Of a stretch of DNA of 64,000 nt, positions 1 to 6,691 are shown piece after piece (position 1 is the first letter of the stretch; every line of letters starts with the position of its first letter). Source of the DNA: a virus. The stretch lies in IMG/VR virus record IMGVR_UViG_3300042691_037350, positions 1-64,000 of that record; one strand, written 5' to 3'. The notes under the pieces were generated by a model that was given only the letters and a program-made list of their open reading frames with translations, was not told where the DNA came from and searched no databases. A program made the translations under genes and the position numbers.

Positions 1-122
1 GCGTATCCCTTTTCTGTGTAGAAAGATCGTGCATCCTCGAAGTTATCAAAGATATAGCAACGCTCCATGTTAACTGGAGGAAATGAATCATCCTCTATTA
101 CGAATACATACTTGGTTTTCAC
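1..122 (-). CDS. Small early protein (runs off the window)
   Basis: GTG at 122 preceded by AAGGA RBS; MKTKYVFVIEDDSFPPVNMERCYIFDNFEDARSFYTEKGY... is open to the window edge. Confidence 0.5.
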   Translation of the reverse strand, partial: MKTKYVFVIEDDSFPPVNMERCYIFDNFEDARSFYTEKGY

Positions 123-142
123 GATATGGTTTCCTTAGTGGG

Positions 143-397
143 TTAGTTAAGCAAGTTAATGCAAAGTTCTTTGTATTCTCGGTATAGATGCTCTTCATTG
201 TCGCAAGAACATATAATCTCACGACACGCAACATCATCACTGCGAAGCACAACCCTAATATAGTATTCGTATCTTTCGTCAGGGATTTTATCGTCGCCAA
301 TCTTGTAGGTGGATAGATCGCAAACGTGTTCTATCTTTTTGGTAATGTATAAGATATGATTCTTGTTGAAGATTTTGCCACAAATACTCACAAACAT
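143..397 (-). CDS. Small early hypothetical protein (84 aa)
   Basis: ORF with GGGAGA RBS, directly downstream of the promoter at 423-459. Confidence 0.7.
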   Translation of the reverse strand: MFVSICGKIFNKNHILYITKKIEHVCDLSTYKIGDDKIPDERYEYYIRVVLRSDDVACREIICSCDNEEHLYREYKELCINLLN

Positions 398-422
398 TTT
401 CTTTCTCCCTTGGATACTATTC

Positions 423-459
423 TTATCGGTATTCTACACTCTAAACTTTAGTTTGTCAA
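423..459 (-). promoter_or_regulatory. Composite sigma70 / sigma28-like promoter
   Basis: Minus strand TTGACA-N17-TAGAAT, interleaved with CTAAAG-N15-ACCGATAA. Confidence 0.7.
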
Positions 460-647
460 CCTTGCATTGCAGCGATTATGTATTCCTCGCTTTTTACGAA
501 AACCTCAACCTCTTTCAGATTGTCAAAAAATCGAATGAAAATTGGATATTCGGGACCAACAATCACTTTCCATTGTGACCACGAATAGAACTTCGGAAGA
601 AGTTTGTAGCCAAGTTTGTTCAGTCTCTTTTCAAGGTTCTTTTTCAT
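456..647 (-). CDS. Small early hypothetical protein
   Basis: ORF MKKNLEKRLNKLGY... with purine-rich leader, downstream of the promoter at 668-704. Confidence 0.7.
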   Translation of the reverse strand: MKKNLEKRLNKLGYKLLPKFYSWSQWKVIVGPEYPIFIRFFDNLKEVEVFVKSEEYIIAAMQG

Positions 648-667
648 TATCAACTCTCTTTTCTCTT

Positions 668-704
668 ATATCGACATTCTACCGTGCAAACTTTAGTTCG
701 TCAA
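668..704 (-). promoter_or_regulatory. Composite sigma70 / sigma28-like promoter
   Basis: TTGACG-N17-TAGAAT plus CTAAAG-N15-GTCGATAT. Confidence 0.7.
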
Positions 705-780
705 GAAAAAAATAGAAAAATAATCGCGTACCAAATAAGAAATATTTTTTTGGCACGATTTTCGCGCCCGCCGCCCGCGT

Positions 781-809
781 CGTAAGTCCTTGTCCCATCA
801 CAACTTAGG
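781..809. repeat. 29-bp imperfect palindrome, copy 1 of 7 (others: 1725-1753, 1779-1807, 2530-2558, 2896-2924, 3803-3831, 4423-4451)
   Basis: Consensus CGTAAGTCCTT-N7-AACAACTTACG with invariant spacing; each copy lies next to a GCGCCCGC-like motif. Confidence 0.85.
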
Positions 810-821
810 ACAAGTTTCGGC

Positions 822-900
822 TACTGTATTAGTGTACAGTGAATAAAAATCGTCAAGAGGTATATCTTCGTACACTAGCACACCCTGAACATATAAACAG
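822..900. promoter_or_regulatory. Tandem LexA-like operators (CTG-N10-CAG)
   Basis: TACTGTATTAGTGTACAGTG at 822-841 and CTGAACATATAAACAG at 885-900, in intergenic DNA. Confidence 0.4.
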
Positions 901-976
901 TATAGTGTACTGTTATTCAGTGATACTGTCCACACCACCTTGCGGTTATCGTTCGTCCAATTTTTCGGATTCATTT

Positions 977-1309
977 TCAGTCCTCAAAAGCAAACGGGGA
1001 AACTTCTTCACCACAAGCGAGAATCGCACCATATTGCGACATCAGAGCCTCAACACGCTCGCTACTTCCGGGCTTGCCCACTTTCACGATCATAGTATCA
1101 TCACCACCATTATAGCGAGGATCAACTTTTTCGATCTTACGCTTGCCGATATTACGGAGAGCCTTACGATTGAACTTCAAAATCTTTTCGCTACGAATAG
1201 GTCCGTATTCACCATTAGCCAGGCTAGGTTGACAAGGAATCGCAATTCCAAGAAAGCACATACGAGCCTGACGCTTTGCATCTTCGATGATCTTGAACTT
1301 AGTAGCCAT
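977..1309 (-). CDS. Early hypothetical protein (110 aa)
   Basis: ORF with AGGAG RBS and TTGACG-N17-TAGAAT promoter at 1335-1363. Confidence 0.75.
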   Translation of the reverse strand: MATKFKIIEDAKRQARMCFLGIAIPCQPSLANGEYGPIRSEKILKFNRKALRNIGKRKIEKVDPRYNGGDDTMIVKVGKPGSSERVEALMSQYGAILACGEEVSPFAFED

Positions 1310-1378
1310 TTTCTATTTCTCCTGTGTTGCTTGGATTCTAGGAAAGTTTTTTTGGATCGTCAACCCCTCTTATGGGGG

Positions 1379-1546
1379 TCACCATCCATTTCTACGATAT
1401 TCTTCACGCAAGGCTTCTTCTTCCTCACGTTGGCTAAGGGTAACGGCTGGGCCATACCCCATCAGATAAGCATCCTTAGCAGCATCATAGCCATCATCGG
1501 AATCCTCAAAATCTTCGTAGTCATAAAGGGGGTCAGGGCAACTCAT
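1379..1546 (-). CDS. Small acidic early protein (55 aa, not in ORF track)
   Basis: MSCPDPLYDYEDFEDSDDGYDAAKDAYLMGYGPAVTLSQREEEEALREEYRRNGW; AAGGAG RBS; promoter at 1577-1612. Confidence 0.7.
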   Translation of the reverse strand: MSCPDPLYDYEDFEDSDDGYDAAKDAYLMGYGPAVTLSQREEEEALREEYRRNGW

Positions 1547-1576
1547 TTTCTTTCTCCTTTTCTCTTTCTTTCTCTT

Positions 1577-1612
1577 ATATCGACATTATACAGACCGTTC
1601 TTTAGGTTGCAA
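1577..1612 (-). promoter_or_regulatory. Composite sigma70 / sigma28-like promoter
   Basis: TTGCAA-N16-TATAAT plus CTAAAG-N15-GTCGATAT. Confidence 0.65.
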
Positions 1613-1696
1613 GCAAAAAATCCAGATTTTTATGTCAAGAGATTTTGACAAAACTTTAGGCTTTTTTGATGCTTTTCGGCACTCCGTATGCTATAA

Positions 1697-1712
1697 AGCA
1701 AATATTGTGCCA
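1697..1712 (-). promoter_or_regulatory. sigma54 (-24/-12) element
   Basis: TGGCACA-ATAT-TTGCT matches the TGGCACG-N4-TTGCW consensus. Confidence 0.7.
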
Positions 1713-1809
1713 AAACTGATTAGTCGTAACCTCTTGTTTCTCAATGGTTTACGTCAAAAAATGCGCCCGCAAATTTGTCCTAAGTCCTTATCTCACAAAG
1801 GTTTACGAC

Positions 1810-2241
1810 TCAAACTTGGAACGCTTTTACCCAGTTTACCGATTTTGCATATTCTACGTTATTAGTATCATCATCGTAGAAGTGTACAGTTTGCTTATAT
1901 ACTCTAGTTATACTATCTAGGATAATCTGTTTCTTTTGAGCAGTAGGTATATTCTTACCAAAATCCCCAGCGGTAATAATCTGGCTATTTGGGATATACA
2001 ACCCATTCTGCATAAAATACTTCTTCAATGCTTTTCGCATTTCTCCATTCTTTCCACCAGCACGAGCAGTTAGAATATATACCTTCTTATACCTAGTTAG
2101 CCTATTCTTTGTAAGCGTTGTAGGTTTAGCAGAAAGAATATCAGGAACAGCAATCTCAGGATTGATAAACTGGCTAAGGCTAGCAGTTTCCTTACCTTGG
2201 GTTATTCCAGTTGTCATATCAAAATCAAAAATACCGATCAT
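1810..2241 (-). CDS. HAD-superfamily phosphatase-like protein
   Basis: Motif I IFDFDMT, motif II ILTAR, conserved K (QKK), motif IV FYDDDTNN. Confidence 0.75.
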   Translation of the reverse strand: MIGIFDFDMTTGITQGKETASLSQFINPEIAVPDILSAKPTTLTKNRLTRYKKVYILTARAGGKNGEMRKALKKYFMQNGLYIPNSQIITAGDFGKNIPTAQKKQIILDSITRVYKQTVHFYDDDTNNVEYAKSVNWVKAFQV

Positions 2242-2254
2242 TTTATCTTTCTCT

Positions 2255-2398
2255 CTAATTATACTTCATACGAACCATCATCTCAACCACAGTCGGACGA
2301 GTCATGATGCAATTCCACATATACCAGTTGGCAAAGTTCAGCCACCCCTCACGGGTGATCTGTCCGGTCTGAAACATCTTCCACATCATCTCGTACAT
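2255..2398 (-). CDS. Small Met/Trp-rich early protein (47 aa, not in ORF track)
   Basis: MYEMMWKMFQTGQITREGWLNFANWYMWNCIMTRPTVVEMMVRMKYN; AAGGAG RBS; promoter at 2418-2453. Confidence 0.65.
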   Translation of the reverse strand: MYEMMWKMFQTGQITREGWLNFANWYMWNCIMTRPTVVEMMVRMKYN

Positions 2399-2488
2399 CG
2401 TTCTCTCCTTGCTTCTTATATCGATATTCTACAGAGAAATCTTTAGAAAACAATACTGAACAAATGTTTTTTTGGATTTTTTTTGGAT

Positions 2489-2504
2489 AGCAAATATCGT
2501 GCCA
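2489..2504 (-). promoter_or_regulatory. sigma54 (-24/-12) element
   Basis: TGGCACG-ATAT-TTGCT, a perfect consensus match. Confidence 0.75.
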
Positions 2505-2592
2505 AAGGCTTCTATCTAGCTGGATTAGCTGTAACTCCTTACGTCGCAACAACTTACGACAAAAAAGCGCCCGCGATTTTCGTGCCAAATAT

Positions 2593-2775
2593 TTAGAGAG
2601 AACGAAAACGTCCGCCATTCCTCAATCCCTCAATCAACCTATCGTATTCATTCGTGGTGAAAATAGGATAGTATCCATCCCTTTCGCTCACGATCCATTT
2701 GCGAGAGTATCCATCCCACACGCTAGCGACAACAAGACCGAGAGCATTTGCAAGATTCACGATTTCTTGATTCAT
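2593..2775 (-). CDS. Small early hypothetical protein (60 aa)
   Basis: ORF with AAGGA RBS; promoter TTGAAT-N16-TAGAAT at 2806-2833. Confidence 0.7.
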   Translation of the reverse strand: MNQEIVNLANALGLVVASVWDGYSRKWIVSERDGYYPIFTTNEYDRLIEGLRNGGRFRSL

Positions 2776-2960
2776 TTCTTTTTCCTTTTCTCTTGAGATA
2801 TTCTTATTCTACAAATATCATCGATATATTCAAGAGCATGCTTGAAATATAATTTCGTGCCAAACTAGATAAAATTTTTGCGCCCGCGAATTCGCCCTAA
2901 GTCATTGTGCCACAACAACTTAGAACGAATACGTCTTTTTCCAGTATGCACACCCCCCAT

Positions 2961-3173
2961 TTAGGTGGCGTGAATGAACACCTTTTCACTTACTGTACGA
3001 TTGGTCACCGTCACGATCCAATTCCTACCGCTACCATCCTCACGCATAATCGCGTTGATGATACCGATATGGGCGTTTCCCTTAGTATCAATAACCGTGC
3101 CATACTTACCCGTTCGCATAGCAGAAAAAATCTTGTCAAGGCTATTCACTACAGGCTTATTCATGGTAATCAT
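2961..3173 (-). CDS. Small early hypothetical protein (70 aa)
   Basis: Purine-rich leader; TTGACA-N17-TAGAAT at 3210-3238. Confidence 0.7.
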   Translation of the reverse strand: MITMNKPVVNSLDKIFSAMRTGKYGTVIDTKGNAHIGIINAIMREDGSGRNWIVTVTNRTVSEKVFIHAT

Positions 3174-3240
3174 TTTCTTTTTCTCTTTTCTTCTTTCTTC
3201 TTTCTCTTGATTCTATCAAATATTTTTTAGGTTGTCAATA

Positions 3241-3390
3241 CTAGAGAATCGTACCATCGCCACGGATGCGATACATGATGCCACCGATACTATACAGAAC
3301 AATACCTTCGCCAAGATGCTGCACAAATGTTGCCGAATAACCATGACGAGCAACTAGGCGACGAATGGTATTTTGAACTTGAATGGTCAT
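3241..3390 (-). CDS. Small early protein (49 aa, not in ORF track)
   Basis: MTIQVQNTIRRLVARHGYSATFVQHLGEGIVLYSIGGIMYRIRGDGTIL; AAGGA RBS; TTGACA-N16-TAAAAT at 3413-3440. Confidence 0.65.
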   Translation of the reverse strand: MTIQVQNTIRRLVARHGYSATFVQHLGEGIVLYSIGGIMYRIRGDGTIL

Positions 3391-3448
3391 TTGTTTTCCT
3401 TTTCTTTGCCTTATTTTATCAATATTTTTTTGGTTGTCAACCCCCTTA

Positions 3449-3679
3449 TCAGCGGATCGTAATCAAACCCTTGAAGTGCGAAAATGTCAGGGTAAGCACT
3501 TTTCCAGGATACTTGTTGTTGATATACGTTTGAGCAGTGCTCTTGCGATTATCGGTAGCACTCACATACTGAACAACCGTACCATTCGCATCAGAAACTT
3601 TCCAAATCTTCTTTTGGACGATTCGCGGAAGACCAGCAAGGAAACCATTCACACTCACAACCTTTTGCATCTCTATCAC
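3449..3679 (-). CDS. Small basic early protein (76 aa)
   Basis: Purine-rich leader; promoter at 3712-3752 (TTGATA-N16-TATAAT and TCAAG-N16-GCCGATAA). Confidence 0.7.
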   Translation of the reverse strand: MIEMQKVVSVNGFLAGLPRIVQKKIWKVSDANGTVVQYVSATDNRKSTAQTYINNKYPGKVLTLTFSHFKGLITIR

Positions 3680-3844
3680 TCTCTTTCTTTCTTCTCTCTT
3701 ACTCTGCCATCATTATACAGTATTTATCGGCCATATCAATAGGCTTTCTTGAAAAAATCAGAAAAATAATTCTGTGCCAAATGAGAAGAAAAATAAAATC
3801 GTCGTAAGTCTATATGCCACAACAACTTACAGCAAAAAAGCGGC

Positions 3845-3884
3845 CGCAAAATCTGTGCCAATTATTTTTGGCACAACAATTGCT
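3845..3884. promoter_or_regulatory. Back-to-back sigma54-like elements
   Basis: Minus TGGCACA-GATT-TTGCG (3845-3860) and plus TGGCACA-ACAA-TTGCT (3869-3884). Confidence 0.6.
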
Positions 3885-4057
3885 TAGGCAAAATCTTCCT
3901 CGCCTTGGAAATCATCGAGCCACTCATCATCCGTTTCCGGATAATCGTCAGCATCACCCATGATCGGATCCCATTCCCCATCATCGTATCCGGGGATATA
4001 GTCGGCCTCATCCCCCACCATCCACTCATTGCCATTTTCGTCGATCATCTTTTCCAT
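3884..4057 (-). CDS. Hyper-acidic small protein (57 aa)
   Basis: MEKMIDENGNEWMVGDEADYIPGYDDGEWDPIMGDADDYPETDDEWLDDFQGEEDFA; GAGGAG RBS; TTGACA-N17-TATACT at 4082-4110. Confidence 0.75.
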   Translation of the reverse strand: MEKMIDENGNEWMVGDEADYIPGYDDGEWDPIMGDADDYPETDDEWLDDFQGEEDFA

Positions 4058-4129
4058 CTTTTTTCTCCTCTTGATTATCCTAGTATATATATCGGTTTTT
4101 ATTCTGTCAATACTGAACAAATGTTTTTT

Positions 4130-4264
4130 TCAGATCATTCTCTGAAAGTGTCTAACCTTCAGAGGATCTTGGGTAATCTTCCCTTTCTGGATAAGGTAGA
4201 TAACCTTGCCATTCTTAACCATAGCAGTGGTATTCTTGGTAATCTGAATCATCGTAAACATCAT
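4130..4264 (-). CDS. Small basic early protein (44 aa, not in ORF track)
   Basis: MMFTMIQITKNTTAMVKNGKVIYLIQKGKITQDPLKVRHFQRMI; purine leader; promoter at 4296-4331. Confidence 0.6.
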   Translation of the reverse strand: MMFTMIQITKNTTAMVKNGKVIYLIQKGKITQDPLKVRHFQRMI

Positions 4265-4295
4265 CAACTCTCTCTTTCTTTCTCTCTTACTTCTT

Positions 4296-4331
4296 ATATC
4301 GACATTATACAGGAAAATCTTTAGGCGTCAA
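4296..4331 (-). promoter_or_regulatory. Composite sigma70 / sigma28-like promoter
   Basis: TTGACG-N16-TATAAT plus CTAAAG-N15-GTCGATAT. Confidence 0.7.
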
Positions 4332-4367
4332 TAGTGTACAAATGTTTTTTTTAAGATTTTTTTAGAG

Positions 4368-4383
4368 AGCAAATATCATGCCA
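4368..4383 (-). promoter_or_regulatory. sigma54 (-24/-12) element
   Basis: TGGCATG-ATAT-TTGCT. Confidence 0.7.
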
Positions 4384-4598
4384 ATATTCAACAACATTCT
4401 TCTTGTCGATTCTACGATTCGTCGCAACTCCTTACGTCACAACAGTTTACGTCAAAAAAGCGGGGGCAATCTAGCGTCTAGTATAAAAGGGGGGGTTTTT
4501 TCATTTTGCTTATGATACCATTAGAAATACTGAAAAGCCGCGGGTGGTATAAACACAATAGGGACGCCCTATAATAAATTAGCCAGTTTAATAGCCAC

Positions 4599-5801
4599 TT
4601 ATACCCATCTTCTAATACTACTAGAACCTAGTAGTTTCATGCTGCCAGTTTCTGTATTTATAGCATAGACTCTCATAATATTCCAGCCCCTCTGAAACAT
4701 ATATCTATTCAATCTAATATCAAACCCATGATTTCCACTACCCAAAGAAGCTACTAGATCCTGCCTATATACATTTGCCCATCTCAACGCTACTACCCGA
4801 TTATTTACAACCACCCGTATTAGCATTGGTTTATTCATCAACGTAGAGCTATATGCCCACCCATACACTCTATTGATATTCATAATCCCCGCACGACCAC
4901 TTATCACTTCTTGAGTCACAGGAGGATTAACAACAGGGGGAGTAGCAGACCAGCTTTCTTTTAAATATCCGCCGGTTGATACTTTATTAGTTAGAGACTC
5001 TGTTCTTATAACCTCAGACAAAAGAGCAAACTTACGCTCCACAACACTACCAGATAATGTACTTATTTTTCCAGCAACCATAGGAGCCGCCATACTAGTA
5101 CCACTCAATGTAGCATATCGACCCCCAGGCCACGTTGAATATATGAGAGTACCTCTAGCAGCTATTTGTACAGTATTAATCCCATAATTAGATGACCCCG
5201 CTAATATATATTCTGGGGTAACAGAAGCCACATTAATCATATTATCTAACTTGAAGCTGGCAGGATAGTTAGGATTAATATCCAAATCGGCTCCATTATT
5301 TCCGGCCGCACATACAATCACAATCCCAATATCATTCATTGTAACAAACTTATCCCTAACTACTGATGATCCATATGACCCCAAACTCCAGCTACAATTT
5401 ATAGTATCAATATCTTCTCCTCTATTCCTTAGTTGAATAATATAATCAAGACCCCGAAGCATAGCACTAGTACTTCCAGCCCCACCATCACTAATCATTT
5501 TTACGGCCACAATTCTCACACCAGGATTAATCCCCTGCACAATCCCAGCTATATGTGTTCCATGGCCATAAACATCCATGACATTATTATTATTACTAAT
5601 AAAATTCCATCCATGTATATCGTCTATATAACCATTGTTATCATCATCAATATTATTATTTTTAATTTCCCTAGAGTTAACCCACAAATTATCTATTAAA
5701 TCAGGATGATTAATATCAATCCCTGAATCTAATATAGCTACTGATAATACGTGTCTACTCTCTAATCTTTCTACGTTTAAGAATCCATTCTTTTTTTTCA
5801 T
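4599..5801 (-). CDS. Subtilisin-like serine protease (S8) with Planctomycete-type N-terminal motif
   Basis: Catalytic ILDSG, HGTHIAG, AAGN (oxyanion), GTSMAAP; Ca-loop DDDNNGYIDD; N-terminal LNVERLESRHVLS. Confidence 0.92.
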   Translation of the reverse strand: MKKKNGFLNVERLESRHVLSVAILDSGIDINHPDLIDNLWVNSREIKNNNIDDDNNGYIDDIHGWNFISNNNNVMDVYGHGTHIAGIVQGINPGVRIVAVKMISDGGAGSTSAMLRGLDYIIQLRNRGEDIDTINCSWSLGSYGSSVVRDKFVTMNDIGIVIVCAAGNNGADLDINPNYPASFKLDNMINVASVTPEYILAGSSNYGINTVQIAARGTLIYSTWPGGRYATLSGTSMAAPMVAGKISTLSGSVVERKFALLSEVIRTESLTNKVSTGGYLKESWSATPPVVNPPVTQEVISGRAGIMNINRVYGWAYSSTLMNKPMLIRVVVNNRVVALRWANVYRQDLVASLGSGNHGFDIRLNRYMFQRGWNIMRVYAINTETGSMKLLGSSSIRRWV

Positions 5802-5870
5802 ATTTCTAGTCCTTTAGGCGAATGACTAATTTTGTTATTTTCTACCATAAAATTTCCAGATGTCAAGACA

Positions 5871-5899
5871 CAAAAAAAGGCAAGCATTTCTGCCTGCCT
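5871..5899 (-). terminator. Rho-independent terminator
   Basis: Minus strand AGGCAGGCA-GAAA-TGCTTGCCT followed by a T run. Confidence 0.75.
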
Positions 5900-5923
5900 C
5901 TTTTCGATTTTAATATATAAAAT

Positions 5924-6208
5924 TTAATACCTATACGGATTCCCCCACCATCTACACCTATGCCAAACCGGATATGGCTGAACCATCATCGGCTGAACAT
6001 AATAGTACTGGGGTTGCTGCTGATAAAAAATAGGATAATAATATACCCTATTCTCAACAACGGGCACACTCCTTACTTCCTGTACAACAACAGGCTGATA
6101 AGCCACAACAGGTTGTTGCAACACAGGAGCCACAGATACTATTTGTTGAGCCCAACAATTATCCGAAGCTACGAGTGTTAGAAAAAATAAAGCTATTAGC
6201 GTTTTCAT
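5924..6208 (-). CDS. Secreted Tyr/Pro/Val/Gln-rich small protein
   Basis: Sec-type signal MKTLIALFFLTLVASDNCWA, then low-complexity QPVV/YYYP segments. Confidence 0.65.
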   Translation of the reverse strand: MKTLIALFFLTLVASDNCWAQQIVSVAPVLQQPVVAYQPVVVQEVRSVPVVENRVYYYPIFYQQQPQYYYVQPMMVQPYPVWHRCRWWGNPYRY

Positions 6209-6209
6209 A

Positions 6210-6440
6210 TTAGCCAATTTCCCCAAGGGTTTCTACTGTTGGTAACTTTGGATTCTTGCTTGGACGACCCCTTGGTTTCTTTAGTGCTAGCTTGCGTCGT
6301 TGGCGACGAACCATAGCGGTGCTAATAGTTTGACCAGTCATTTGACTTAACTTGACCGCTAATACCTCGTCGGGCATAGAATTGTGGTTATTCTTAATAA
6401 AATCCACTTCCGAATCATTCCACTTTTTATAGGTTGCCAT
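6210..6440 (-). CDS. Small HTH DNA-binding protein with AT-hook
   Basis: KWNDSEVDFIK...LAVKL...TISTAMVRRQRRKL HTH-like segment; KPRGRPSK AT-hook; AGGA RBS before ATG 6440. Confidence 0.7.
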   Translation of the reverse strand: MATYKKWNDSEVDFIKNNHNSMPDEVLAVKLSQMTGQTISTAMVRRQRRKLALKKPRGRPSKNPKLPTVETLGEIG

Positions 6441-6459
6441 AATTAATCCTTCTGTAAAG

Positions 6460-6488
6460 TTGACTAAAAGTGTAACTAACAGTATTAT
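6460..6488 (+). promoter_or_regulatory. sigma70-type promoter for the sigma/packaging operon
   Basis: TTGACT-N17-TATTAT. Confidence 0.55.
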
Positions 6489-6523
6489 AGTATTAGTTGA
6501 CAAGTTTTGCGCAAGGAGAAAAA

Positions 6524-6691
6524 ATGACTAATTCGCACTTTAATCTAGTCGATTCAGTTTTGGTCGTAAAAGCATCGGGTAGTCTCGATGTTAGCAAGGA
6601 TTTACAACTACCAGAAGGAAAAAGTATAGCACAATTAATATATGACCAAGAAAAAGAAACCACAAAAACCGACCAAAAAGCTCAAAAATAA
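6524..6691 (+). CDS. Small hypothetical protein
   Basis: AAGGAG RBS before ATG 6524. Confidence 0.6.
   Translation: MTNSHFNLVDSVLVVKASGSLDVSKDLQLPEGKSIAQLIYDQEKETTKTDQKAQK

Noticed and set aside
839-1648. 269-aa plus-strand ORF and other plus-strand ORFs in 1-4400
   Set aside because: Antisense shadows of minus-strand genes that carry clear RBS and promoters
2349-2618. 89-aa minus-strand ORF
   Set aside because: Runs through the palindrome, sigma54 and promoter elements; the better-supported gene is 2255-2398
760-4470. CRISPR array interpretation of the 29-bp palindromes
   Set aside because: Copies are degenerate, irregularly spaced (54 bp to ~950 bp) and separated by genes; no cas genes
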